DNA from: an uncultured Pelagibacteraceae bacterium
GTDB lineage: Bacteria; Pseudomonadota; Alphaproteobacteria; Pelagibacterales; Pelagibacteraceae
DNA length: 64,000 nt
Assembly: GCA_902529645.1 (NCBI GenBank)
Contig: CABZXO010000004.1
Span: 9,226 to 73,225, forward strand
Direction of reading: 5' to 3'
A model generated the notes under the pieces. The model was not told where the DNA came from, searched no databases, and saw nothing but the letters and a program-made list of their open reading frames with translations. A program made the position numbers and the translations under genes. Positions within the stretch are counted from its first letter, which is position 1. Each line of letters opens with the position of its first letter. Below are positions 43,912 to 53,888 of the stretch, one piece after another.

Positions 43912-45089
43912 TGTTTTTAAATAACACTGCAGATAAATTAGTTTTTAAATTTCTTAATAAAATAGATTATGGTTATCTAGAGCTTACTACACATGATGGA
44001 AAAGTTTTAAAGTTTGGAAATCCAAATGAAAAATTGTATGCAAATATTTCAATCAAAAAACCAGATTTTAATTATAATTTAATTAGAGGTGGTAGTATTG
44101 GATTTGCTGAGAGCTACATGAGAGGTGAATTTGAAACTAATAACTTATCAAATTTAATCGAATTAACTGCAAGAAATATAGAAGTAATACATAAATTCTC
44201 AGGCCTTCTTGATTTTCCAATAATTAATTTTGTAAAAAATAAAATTATTAAAAATACAAAAAGTAGAAGCAAAGAAAATATTGCTAAACATTATGATCTA
44301 GGTAATGATTTTTTTTCTCTTTGGTTAGATGACACACTTACATACTCTAGTGCTATTTTTGATGATAAATCAAAAAATCTATTTGATGCTCAAAATAACA
44401 AATACCAAAAATTAATTGATCTAATTAAACCAAATAATGGTGACAAAATTTTAGAAATAGGATGTGGTTGGGGAGGTTTTGCCGAGTATCTAGGTAAAAA
44501 ATACGATGTTAAACTAGACTGTATTACAATATCAAAAAAACAATTTGAATACGCAAAAGAAAGAATTTTTAATTGTGGTTTAAACGAAAAAGTAAATATT
44601 GAAATAAAAGATTACAGAGATCTTAAAGGCAAATACAATTCAATTGCCTCTATAGAGATGATTGAGGCAGTTGGTCAAAATTATTTAGAGGGTTATTTTA
44701 AAACTATTAAAAATAACTTATCTGATGGTGGTAAAGCAGCTATTCAAGCAATTACTATCGATGATAGGTTATTTGATAGATATAAAAACAAACAAGATTT
44801 TATTCAAAAATATATTTTTCCAGGTGGTTTTTTGCCAAATAAAAATAGCATTAATCGATATGTTTCTGACAACGGTTTAACTGTTAATTCATATATTTCT
44901 TATGCTGATCATTATGCAAATACACTGGCTATATGGAGAAATGAGTTTTTAAAAAAATGGGATTTAATAAAAAATCAAGGTTTTGACTCAACATTTAAAA
45001 GAATGTGGGAGTTTTACCTTTCTTATTGTGAAGCAGGATTTAAGTCAAAAAATATAGATTTAATTCAGTTTTCAATGCAAAATAAATAA
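43911..45089 (+). CDS. cfa: Cyclopropane-fatty-acyl synthase family SAM methyltransferase (Cfa/UfaM-like)
   Basis: NIAKHYDLGNDF, LEIGCGWG, SIEMIEAVG, YIFPGG, WEFYLSYCEAGF. Confidence 0.92.
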   Translation: MFLNNTADKLVFKFLNKIDYGYLELTTHDGKVLKFGNPNEKLYANISIKKPDFNYNLIRGGSIGFAESYMRGEFETNNLSNLIELTARNIEVIHKFSGLLDFPIINFVKNKIIKNTKSRSKENIAKHYDLGNDFFSLWLDDTLTYSSAIFDDKSKNLFDAQNNKYQKLIDLIKPNNGDKILEIGCGWGGFAEYLGKKYDVKLDCITISKKQFEYAKERIFNCGLNEKVNIEIKDYRDLKGKYNSIASIEMIEAVGQNYLEGYFKTIKNNLSDGGKAAIQAITIDDRLFDRYKNKQDFIQKYIFPGGFLPNKNSINRYVSDNGLTVNSYISYADHYANTLAIWRNEFLKKWDLIKNQGFDSTFKRMWEFYLSYCEAGFKSKNIDLIQFSMQNK

Positions 45090-45093
45090 AATA

Positions 45094-45654
45094 ATGGAGA
45101 TATTTATGCGACATCTAAAAATTATTAAGCCAATTTCGTTGATAATTTTATTATTCTTAATTACAAGTTGCTCGAATAATAGCGCTATGAAACCAGAAGA
45201 TTTTAAAAATAAAGAACCAAGATTAATCATTGAAGAATATTTATCTGGAAATGTTAAGGCTTGGGGTGTTTTACAAAACAGATCAGGAAAAGTTACAAGA
45301 CAATTTTCTGCAGACTTAAATGGCACTTGGGATGGAAAGCAGCTAATTCTTAAAGAAAAATTTAATTGGGATGATGGTGAAGTTCAAGACCGAGAATGGA
45401 CAATAAACAAAATTGACGAGCATAATTATGAAGGAACAGCAGGTGATGTTGTAGGTAAAGCAAAAGGTTATTCTTATGGATCAGCCTTTAAATTTGAGTA
45501 TGTTTTATTAGTCCCAGTCAAAGGTAAAGAGATAAAAATTACTTTTGATGACTGGATTTTTAAGCAAGACGATAGGGTTGCAATAAATAGAGCAACCATG
45601 ACTAAGTTTGGTTTTAAAGTAGCTGAGCTTACAGTTGTGTTTGTAAAGGATTAA
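45094..45654 (+). CDS. DUF3833 family lipoprotein
   Basis: Lipobox ITSC; AGDVVG, FDDWIF, NRATMTKFG; true start may be 45106. Confidence 0.85.
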   Translation: MEIFMRHLKIIKPISLIILLFLITSCSNNSAMKPEDFKNKEPRLIIEEYLSGNVKAWGVLQNRSGKVTRQFSADLNGTWDGKQLILKEKFNWDDGEVQDREWTINKIDEHNYEGTAGDVVGKAKGYSYGSAFKFEYVLLVPVKGKEIKITFDDWIFKQDDRVAINRATMTKFGFKVAELTVVFVKD

Positions 45655-46397
45655 CGATTTACGTACTTAGAAATTAAGTAATTATAGATTTTGTTTGGCA
45701 GTATTTGAATTATTTTATAGATAAATTTTATTTGATTAGGAAAAATTATTTCAAAATTATTTTTCTTAGTTAATCCATTAAAAATTTCATCTGCTGCATA
45801 TTCTGTAGACTTTAAAAAAGGCATTTTAAACTCATTTTTATCTGTCAGAGCTGTTTTAATAAATCCAGGAGTTATTAGTGTAACCTTGATATTAAATTTT
45901 TTGAAATCAAAATAAATTCCTTGAGTGAAATTATTAAGTGCAGCTTTAGAGGGGGTATATCCCGATGATTTTGGAAGACCTCTATAACCAACTGGCGATG
46001 AAACAATTGCAACATGACCGTTTTGTTTGGTTTTATAATATTTTTCAACCGCACTCACACAATTAATTACTCCAATAAAGTTTACCTCCATAACATGTCT
46101 GATATTTTCTACTATTAATTCTTTCTCAGATTTTCTTTCATAAGTTCCTGAGCTAAACAAACATAGGTCAATATTTTCATGATCATTGATTATTTTACTA
46201 AATACTTCTTTAGTTTGAGCCATATTCGTAACATCTAAAGGATATGAAAAAATATTTTCATTTTTTGAAAGTTCATTTAATAATTCAGCTCTTCTAGCTG
46301 AAATAAGAACCTTCCATCCTTCATCAGCAAATTTAATTGCAGATGCTTTCCCAATGCCACTACTAGCTCCTGTAATCCAAATAGTTTTTTTACTCAT
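45651..46397 (-). CDS. Short-chain dehydrogenase/reductase
   Basis: WITGASSGIG, YTPSK (YxxxK), PGFIKT, FKMPF. Confidence 0.92.
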   Translation of the reverse strand: MSKKTIWITGASSGIGKASAIKFADEGWKVLISARRAELLNELSKNENIFSYPLDVTNMAQTKEVFSKIINDHENIDLCLFSSGTYERKSEKELIVENIRHVMEVNFIGVINCVSAVEKYYKTKQNGHVAIVSSPVGYRGLPKSSGYTPSKAALNNFTQGIYFDFKKFNIKVTLITPGFIKTALTDKNEFKMPFLKSTEYAADEIFNGLTKKNNFEIIFPNQIKFIYKIIQILPNKIYNYLISKYVNR

Positions 46398-46420
46398 TTT
46401 TTGTTATGTATATATTTATC

Positions 46421-46888
46421 ATGCTTAAAAATAAATTTTTAACATTTCTATCGTTTCTTGCTATTACATTCTCTGCCTCATTGATTGGAGGGTTAGCTAC
46501 TATTAAATTTAAAGAACCTTGGTACTCACTACTAAATAAACCAACATTTAATCCACCAGATTGGATATTTGGTCCTGTTTGGACATCTCTTTATTTAATG
46601 ATGACTGTCGCTATATGGCTTTATTGGCATTCAAATTATAGTGATAGGAATACAGTTTATATTTATTTTATTCATTTAGTTTTCAATACAACTTGGAGTG
46701 TAGTTTTCTTTGTTTTTCATAATATGGCCTTGGCTTTATTAGTATTAATCATTCTAATAGCACTGATAATTAACCTAATTTTAAGGTTTAAACGCGTCAA
46801 GATGTTGAGCGCCTACTTAATGATTCCATATTTACTTTGGTGTAGCTTTGCACTAATTCTGAATACAAGCTTAATTATGTTAAATTAG
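46421..46888 (+). CDS. tspO: Tryptophan-rich sensory protein TspO
   Basis: WYSLLNKPTFNPPDWIFGPVWTSLY, PYLLW; second ATG (46421) preferred over 46406. Confidence 0.93.
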   Translation: MLKNKFLTFLSFLAITFSASLIGGLATIKFKEPWYSLLNKPTFNPPDWIFGPVWTSLYLMMTVAIWLYWHSNYSDRNTVYIYFIHLVFNTTWSVVFFVFHNMALALLVLIILIALIINLILRFKRVKMLSAYLMIPYLLWCSFALILNTSLIMLN

Positions 46889-46890
46889 AT

Positions 46891-47994
46891 ATGGATGATG
46901 TTGTAGTAATTGGTGGTGGAATAATAGGGGCGGCAACTGCTTATTTTTTATCTAAAGAGGGAAGAAAAGTAAAAGTTATTGAAAGAGATCCTACTTATAA
47001 AACAGCTTCATTTCCATTATCCCTAGGTGGATTTCGTAGACAATTTTTCCAAAAAGAAAATATTCTGTTAGGAAAATTTGCAAGAGAATTTATTTTTCAA
47101 ATACCAGAATTATTAAAAACAGAAAAAAATCCTAATCCTACAGCTAGTATGGTAACAAATGGATATCTTTTAATGTTTGGACCCGAACATGCTGAAGAGC
47201 AATATAGAGCATTAGAAAATCATAAAGATTGTGACGCAGGAACAAAAAATATTAAAGGCTCAGAATTATCTAAAGTTTTTCCTTATGTTAATAGTAAGGG
47301 AATTGAAACAGCAACTTATACAGATAACCAAAGTGAAGGATGGATTGATCCATTTATGTTTCATAGTGCCCTAAAGAGCAAAGCTATAGAGCTTGGAGCT
47401 GAATTTATTAAAGGTGAAGTAAAAAGCATTTCTGAAATTAATGCTAAAACAATTGTTTCTGCTGCAGGGTGTTGGACAAAAGAATTATTAGAGGATATAC
47501 CAGTTGTTCCGCAAAAGCATACAGTTTTCAGAGTTAAATGCCCAACATACATAAAAGAGATGCCTCTAAGCGGAGACTTAACCACAGGTGTTTACTGGAG
47601 ACCAGAAGGAGGAGAATATTTAGCAGGATCACCTATATCTGTATTTGATGCTAAAGATTTAGAACCAGCTTGGAATGATTTTGAGGAGTTAGTTTGGCCA
47701 GCTCTAGCTAAGAGAATACCTGCCTTTGAAGAATTAAAGTTAACTGGTGGATGGGCAGGTTATTATGATTGTAATAGATTAGATAATAATGCAGTCGTTG
47801 GTAAACATCCAAAATATGAGAATGTCTACATGGCTTCTGGATTTACCGGTCGAGGATTAATGCAGGCACCAGGTATTGGTAGAGCCTTAACTGAGCTTAT
47901 TACAACAGGAGCATACCAAACAATTGATATAAGTGATTTTGCAGTTGAAAGAGTTTTAGGCAAATCAGCTAGGCCAGAGCCCTACGTCCTATAA
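46891..47994 (+). CDS. DAO-family FAD oxidoreductase (sarcosine oxidase beta/FOXRED1-like)
   Basis: GGGIIG, SLGGFRRQF, WAGYYD, GFTGRGLMQAP. Confidence 0.8.
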   Translation: MDDVVVIGGGIIGAATAYFLSKEGRKVKVIERDPTYKTASFPLSLGGFRRQFFQKENILLGKFAREFIFQIPELLKTEKNPNPTASMVTNGYLLMFGPEHAEEQYRALENHKDCDAGTKNIKGSELSKVFPYVNSKGIETATYTDNQSEGWIDPFMFHSALKSKAIELGAEFIKGEVKSISEINAKTIVSAAGCWTKELLEDIPVVPQKHTVFRVKCPTYIKEMPLSGDLTTGVYWRPEGGEYLAGSPISVFDAKDLEPAWNDFEELVWPALAKRIPAFEELKLTGGWAGYYDCNRLDNNAVVGKHPKYENVYMASGFTGRGLMQAPGIGRALTELITTGAYQTIDISDFAVERVLGKSARPEPYVL

Positions 47995-47995
47995 T

Positions 47996-49441
47996 TTAAG
48001 TTCCACAAAAAGTTTGATATTTTTCATTGCTCAATGGAGCAGGTGCTTGATATTCTTCAATATTATTCTGATTATCATAAGGTTTTTTTAAAATAGCTAA
48101 CAACTTTTTCATTTTATCTAAACTTCCTTTGTCTGCTTCGGCTAAAGCTTCCTCCACTTTATGATTTCTAGGAATTACAATTGGATTATTTGATTTCATA
48201 AGTTTGTTTTGTTTTTCCTTAGTTGAATTATTTAACTCAGATCTTTTTTTCCATTCATTTTTCCAATTGATAAAATCATTATTTTTGTAAATTTCATCAG
48301 CATTAATATCCATTAGATTACAAAAAGTATTTGTGTAATCTGCTTTATTTTTTTCCATCCAATTTAACAAATCATTAATTAATTTTTTATCATTTTTATC
48401 CTCACCAAATAGACCAAGTTTATCTCTCATCATATTTACCCATTTATTTTCATAAATATTTTGGAAATTATCTATTAAATCTGTGGCTAATTTAATCGCT
48501 TTATCTTCATCTTTATCAATTAGAGGAATTAAACATTCAGCAAATCTTGCTAAATTCCACTTAGTAATTGGTGGCTGATTGGAAAAAGCGTATCTGCCAA
48601 ATTTATCGATTGAGCTAAATACAGTTTTTGGATCATAATAATCCATAAATGCACAAGGACCATAATCAATAGTTTCACCAGAAATTGTCATATTATCGGT
48701 ATTCATAACTCCATGTATAAATCCAACTCGCATCCAGTTAACTACAAGCTTACATTGTTTTTCCATGACATGATGTAATAGGTCTAACGCTTTTGAATTA
48801 GATGTTTTAATTTCTGGATAATGTCTGTTTATTGTGTAGTCGACCAAAGTATTTAAATTATCAATATTTTGGGTTGCAGCAATATATTGAAAAGTTCCAA
48901 CTCGAAGATGACTTGATGCAACTCTTGTTAATATAGCACCTTGTAAAAGATTTTCTCTTACAACTTTTTCTCCTGTTTTAACTACAGCAAGGCTTCTGGT
49001 AGTTGGAATATTTAATGAATGTATCGCTTCACTGATAATATATTCTCTAAGCATAGGTCCTAGAGCTGCTCTTCCATCACCACCTCTAGAAAAAGAAGTT
49101 CTTCCTGAACCTTTAAACTGAATATCAAAACGATTTTCATTGTTAACTAGATGTTCACCTAACAAAACTGCTCTGCCATCTCCTAACATAGTAAAGTGTC
49201 CAAATTGATGACCTGCATATGCTTGAGCTATAGTATTAGTTTCTTCCGGTATGGAGTTACCAGAAAATATCTCTGCTAACTTTTTTTTGTCTATTTTTGA
49301 AAAATCTAAATTTAAATTAGAAGCCAACTCTTGATTTAATATTACTAATTCTGGATCATGAACAGGGGTTGGTTTAATATTTTCTTTAAAAGTATTAGAT
49401 AATTTTGAGTAACTATTATCAAAATGCCAACCGATGGTCAT
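47996..49441 (-). CDS. selO: Protein adenylyltransferase SelO/YdiU
   Basis: AYAGHQFG, LGDGRA, KGSGRT, GDGRA, HGVMNTDN, IDYGP, C-terminal TFCGT. Confidence 0.95.
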   Translation of the reverse strand: MTIGWHFDNSYSKLSNTFKENIKPTPVHDPELVILNQELASNLNLDFSKIDKKKLAEIFSGNSIPEETNTIAQAYAGHQFGHFTMLGDGRAVLLGEHLVNNENRFDIQFKGSGRTSFSRGGDGRAALGPMLREYIISEAIHSLNIPTTRSLAVVKTGEKVVRENLLQGAILTRVASSHLRVGTFQYIAATQNIDNLNTLVDYTINRHYPEIKTSNSKALDLLHHVMEKQCKLVVNWMRVGFIHGVMNTDNMTISGETIDYGPCAFMDYYDPKTVFSSIDKFGRYAFSNQPPITKWNLARFAECLIPLIDKDEDKAIKLATDLIDNFQNIYENKWVNMMRDKLGLFGEDKNDKKLINDLLNWMEKNKADYTNTFCNLMDINADEIYKNNDFINWKNEWKKRSELNNSTKEKQNKLMKSNNPIVIPRNHKVEEALAEADKGSLDKMKKLLAILKKPYDNQNNIEEYQAPAPLSNEKYQTFCGT

Positions 49442-49446
49442 TTTAA

Positions 49447-52215
49447 TTAACTAACTTCAGCTTGATTTTCTTTTGGTTTAACTTCTGTTTTAAATTGATT
49501 AGAGATTTTTTGTACTTCAACAGAAGATACTTTGTATTCTGCACACATTGTTTCTTCATCTTTACCATGACCTGTAACCATATTAACCATATGTTCCGGG
49601 AAATGGAACGTAGTAAACACAATTCCTTCTTTAACTTTATCTGTAACCTCAACTTTAAGAGCAACCTCACCTCTACCTGAATAAAGTCTTCCGATATCAC
49701 CAGTATTTAAATCTCTATAAGCTGCATCTTTAGGATGAATTAATAAAACATCTTCATCAACAATGTTTATATTTTTTGTTCTTCTAGTCATTGTTGCTGC
49801 GTTGTAATGTTGTAAAACTCTACTAGTAGTTAAAATCAAAGGATAGTCTTTTTGATTAGCTTCAATTTCTGATGATTCTTTCCAATCAAAGTTTTTAAGT
49901 CTACCTTTTCCTAATTTAAATGTTTCTTTATGTAAAATTTTTGTATCAGTTCCATCTTCTTGAACTGGCCATTGTAATCCAAATTTTCCAAGTCTATCTC
50001 TGGTAACTCCCTTAAAGAAAGGAACTATATCAGCAATTTCTTCTAGAACTTGATCTGCATCATAAGTTGGCTGATCAAATCCTAACTTCTGCATCATCTC
50101 AGTTACAATTAATCCATCAGGTTTAGTGCCTGGAAGAGGTGGTACAGCTCTGTTTACTCTTTGAATTCTTCTCTCAGTATTTGTAAAAGTTCCATCTTTT
50201 TCTAAGAAAGTAGTACCTGGAAGAACAACAGTTGCTAATTTTGCTGTTTCACTCATAAATATTTCCTGTACAACTAAAAGTTCTAAAGAGTTCATAGCTT
50301 CAATAACATGTGCGCTATTAGGATCAGTTTGAACAATGTCTTCTCCTATGATCCATAAACCTTTTAATTCCTTGTTTATTGCAGCTTCAAACATTTGAGG
50401 AATTTTTAATCCTGGTTTAGTCGGATGTGTTACTCCATATTTTTCAGTGTAAAATTCTTGATGCTTTTCATCAGCCACAGGAAAATATCCAGCACCTTGG
50501 TGTGGTTGACATCCCATATCTGCTGCACCTTGAACATTGTTTTGACCTCTTAAAGGATTAACCCCGACGCCTTTTCGTCCAATGTTTCCAGTAATCATTG
50601 CTAGATCTGCAATTAACATTACAGTTTTAGATCCTTGTTCGTGTTCAGTAACTCCAAGACCATGAAACTCCATTGAATTTTTAGCAGTTGCATATGCAAT
50701 TGCTGCTTCTTTAACTAGTTGTTTATCTACACCAGCTACTTTTGCTAAATGATCAACATCTTGTCTTTCAATTTCTTTTAAGAAATTATCAAAACCTTCA
50801 GTTCTATCTCTAACAAAATCTGCATTATAAAGTTTTGATTTAATAATAAAGTGCAACATCATATTTAGAACTGCAACGTTAGTTCCAGGTCTTAGTTTAA
50901 TATGATAATCAGCAAGTTTAGCTAGTTCAGTTGTAACTGGATCAAGTACAATTAATTTTTTACCTTTCATTACTTGCTGTTTTATTTTTGCACCTGTAAC
51001 AGGATGAGCATTTGTTGGATTAGCTCCAATTACCAAAAATAAATCTGCATGATAAATATCTTCTGTAGAGTTAGTTGCTGCTCCAGTCCCAAAAGTTTGT
51101 TGCATTCCCCAAGCTGTTGGTGAATGACAAATTCTTGCACAACAGTCTACACTGTTTGTTCCAACTGCAGCTCTAATCATCTTTTGGAAAACATAATTTT
51201 CTTCATTCGTACATCGTGCAGAAGAAATTCCAGCAAAAGCATCTGGACCATTATCTTTTGTAATTCTGTTCATTTCTTTTTTTATAAAATCATAAGCTTC
51301 ATCCCAAGAAGCTTCTTCAAATTTTCCATTTCTTTTAATTAAAGGTGTTTTTAATCTGTCTGGATGATCATAAAAACTAAATGCATATCTTCCTTTAATA
51401 CACGTATGTCCAGCATTAACTTCTGTTTGTTTAGGTGTATCAATAGCCACAACCTTATCATCTTTAATCGAAGCCTCTAAATTACAACCAACACCGCAGT
51501 ATGAACAAGTTGTTCTAACTTTTTTATCTACTGCAGCAGATTTTGATTGAAAAACATCTGAAATAGCATCTGTTGGACAAGTGTGAGCGCATGCACCACA
51601 AGAAACACATGAACTATCTCCAAACATCATGTCGTTATCAGTTGTTATTCTTGACTCAAATCCTCTTCCACTCATTGTAAGTACAAACGAACCTTGAATT
51701 TCATCACAAGCTCTGACACATCTTCCACAATTGATACAATTGTCTAAATTCATTCTCATATAATCATGAGATGTATCTCTAGGAATACCTTTATGTTGTT
51801 TTGGACTATTATATCTATGATCATTAATTCCTAGATCATTAGCAACAGTTTGAAGTTCACAATTATTATTTACCTCACAGCTGTCACATTCCATTGGATG
51901 GTCTGTTAATACTAATTCAACAATATTTTTTCTTAGACTTTTTAAACTTTCATTAGACGTGAAAATATGCTGATTTTCAGCAACTGGAGTATGGCAAGAA
52001 GCAACTACTCTTGTAGGACCATCTTTTTCTAAAGCAACTTCGACCGAACATACTCTACAAGCTCCATAAGGTGCTAAATTTGGATCATCACATAAAGTAG
52101 GAACTTTTTTTTCACCTACATAGCTTTTTACAAATTTTAAAATAGATGAATGATTTGGTCCGATTTCATACGGTTTTCCATCAATATAAGCAATTTTTCT
52201 TTTCTCTGAACTCAT
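49447..52215 (-). CDS. fdhF: NAD-linked formate dehydrogenase alpha subunit (Mo-bisPGD, Cys ligand)
   Basis: N-terminal 2Fe-2S and 4Fe-4S motifs; CSYCGVGC, CARICHSP, LRGQNNVQGAAD. Confidence 0.95.
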   Translation of the reverse strand: MSSEKRKIAYIDGKPYEIGPNHSSILKFVKSYVGEKKVPTLCDDPNLAPYGACRVCSVEVALEKDGPTRVVASCHTPVAENQHIFTSNESLKSLRKNIVELVLTDHPMECDSCEVNNNCELQTVANDLGINDHRYNSPKQHKGIPRDTSHDYMRMNLDNCINCGRCVRACDEIQGSFVLTMSGRGFESRITTDNDMMFGDSSCVSCGACAHTCPTDAISDVFQSKSAAVDKKVRTTCSYCGVGCNLEASIKDDKVVAIDTPKQTEVNAGHTCIKGRYAFSFYDHPDRLKTPLIKRNGKFEEASWDEAYDFIKKEMNRITKDNGPDAFAGISSARCTNEENYVFQKMIRAAVGTNSVDCCARICHSPTAWGMQQTFGTGAATNSTEDIYHADLFLVIGANPTNAHPVTGAKIKQQVMKGKKLIVLDPVTTELAKLADYHIKLRPGTNVAVLNMMLHFIIKSKLYNADFVRDRTEGFDNFLKEIERQDVDHLAKVAGVDKQLVKEAAIAYATAKNSMEFHGLGVTEHEQGSKTVMLIADLAMITGNIGRKGVGVNPLRGQNNVQGAADMGCQPHQGAGYFPVADEKHQEFYTEKYGVTHPTKPGLKIPQMFEAAINKELKGLWIIGEDIVQTDPNSAHVIEAMNSLELLVVQEIFMSETAKLATVVLPGTTFLEKDGTFTNTERRIQRVNRAVPPLPGTKPDGLIVTEMMQKLGFDQPTYDADQVLEEIADIVPFFKGVTRDRLGKFGLQWPVQEDGTDTKILHKETFKLGKGRLKNFDWKESSEIEANQKDYPLILTTSRVLQHYNAATMTRRTKNINIVDEDVLLIHPKDAAYRDLNTGDIGRLYSGRGEVALKVEVTDKVKEGIVFTTFHFPEHMVNMVTGHGKDEETMCAEYKVSSVEVQKISNQFKTEVKPKENQAEVS

Positions 52216-53870
52216 TAATTATCTTTAACCATATCATTTTTCATTTCATCCCCAAAGTACTTTAGAATGTTCTGAATAGGAGTGGGTATAGCTCCGCATA
52301 AAGCACATAAACAACCTTTTTTCATTGTAACAAGTAATTCTTCAAGCAATTTCAAAGGTATTTTGGCAGTTTTCTTTTTAGCTTGGTCAAACATTTCTTT
52401 ACCTCTGTAAGATCCAAGTCTACCAGGAAAACATTTTCCACATGATTCTTCAGCAGAAAATTCAAAAAGATGATGAATGTATTCAGCCATAGAAAAATCT
52501 TTAGGAATACTCACCACACTAGCATGACCTAACATGAAACCTTTTGCAGTAAACTCCTGAAAATCTAAATTAAGATTTTCTATTTCACTTAATGGAACCA
52601 CACCACCAAGTGGCCCACCAATTTGAAAAGCTTTTAATGGTTCTTTATATCCTCCACCAATTTCATTAAATATTTTTTTCATTGGAGTACCCATATCAAT
52701 TTCATATACACCTGGGTTGTTAAAGAAACTATCCAAACAAACTAATTTAGTACCTGCTGATTTTTTATTTCCTATAGATGAAAACTTTTCAGAACCATTT
52801 ATTAAAATTCCAGTTGCAGCTGCTAAAGTTTCAACATTGTTAACAACAGTTGGTTTTTTATATAATCCCTCTGTAACAGGAAAAGGAGGTCTAACATCAA
52901 CTTCTGCTCTTCTTCCTTCAATAGATGCAATCAAAGCTGTTTCTTCTCCGCAGATATATGCACCTTGACCAATACAAATTCCTAAATCGAATGAAAAATC
53001 TGTTCCTAAAATATTTTCACCTAATAATCCTAATTTTTTAAGTTCATTTATACTACCATTTAATGCTTCAATTGATTTTGGATATTCTCCTCTTATATAC
53101 AAAACACCCTCATCACTCCCAATTACATAACCACATATTACCATTCCAAAAATAACTTTTAAAGGCTGGTCTTCTAATAAATATCTATCTGAGAAAGCAC
53201 CAGAGTCGCCTTCATCTGCATTACAGATAACATATTTTTTATCTCCTTTTGCTTTACTGCAGAAATCCCATTTCATTCCTGTTGGAAAACCTGCACCACC
53301 TCTTCCTGTTAAATTTGAGTCTAACAATGATTTAACTATTTCTTTTTTATCTGATTTTAAAAATTTACTTAATTGATCTTTGAATTGGTCTGTAGAAGAA
53401 AGTTTATCATCCATTAAGAAACTTGTTGTCGCATAACTCTTAGAAAAAAATTTTTCTTGCTTAATTTCCTCACCTTTTAAAATCTGATCAATTTTTTCTA
53501 TATCTTTACCAGCATAATTTTCTCCATCATAGTGAAATGCGTGGTTTTCATAACAATGACCTAAGCAGAACATTTCCCCAACTTTGTCATCACCCAGTTT
53601 TTCCTTGAGTTTATCTTTTAATTTGTCTTGAGTACCTGCACACATGCATGCACTACCGTTACAAACGAACGCTTTTTTTTCTCTATGAGAAGGTCTTAAA
53701 AATTCATAAAAGGATTCTGCACCATGGAGAGTTGAAACACCTAGGTTATGTTTTTTGGCAATTTCTTTAATATCTTTTGGACTATCGCTTAAGGTATTTT
53801 CTGAGATTTGCTTAAATAGGTTATCTTTTAAGCCTATTCTGCCTGATAAATTACTTATATTTTTTGACAC
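52215..53870 (-). CDS. Formate dehydrogenase diaphorase subunit (NuoE-like plus NuoF-like fusion)
   Basis: CNGSAC, CLGHC; GRGGAGFPTG, NADEGD, YICGEETAL, ESCGKCFP; GTG start. Confidence 0.9.
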   Translation of the reverse strand: MSKNISNLSGRIGLKDNLFKQISENTLSDSPKDIKEIAKKHNLGVSTLHGAESFYEFLRPSHREKKAFVCNGSACMCAGTQDKLKDKLKEKLGDDKVGEMFCLGHCYENHAFHYDGENYAGKDIEKIDQILKGEEIKQEKFFSKSYATTSFLMDDKLSSTDQFKDQLSKFLKSDKKEIVKSLLDSNLTGRGGAGFPTGMKWDFCSKAKGDKKYVICNADEGDSGAFSDRYLLEDQPLKVIFGMVICGYVIGSDEGVLYIRGEYPKSIEALNGSINELKKLGLLGENILGTDFSFDLGICIGQGAYICGEETALIASIEGRRAEVDVRPPFPVTEGLYKKPTVVNNVETLAAATGILINGSEKFSSIGNKKSAGTKLVCLDSFFNNPGVYEIDMGTPMKKIFNEIGGGYKEPLKAFQIGGPLGGVVPLSEIENLNLDFQEFTAKGFMLGHASVVSIPKDFSMAEYIHHLFEFSAEESCGKCFPGRLGSYRGKEMFDQAKKKTAKIPLKLLEELLVTMKKGCLCALCGAIPTPIQNILKYFGDEMKNDMVKDN

Positions 53871-53888
53871 AAATACCCTTTTATTAAT

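Noticed and set aside
49447-52215. Selenocysteine recoding in FDH or SelO
   Set aside because: Both frames are open with Cys at the relevant sites (CARICH; TFCGT) and no in-frame TGA
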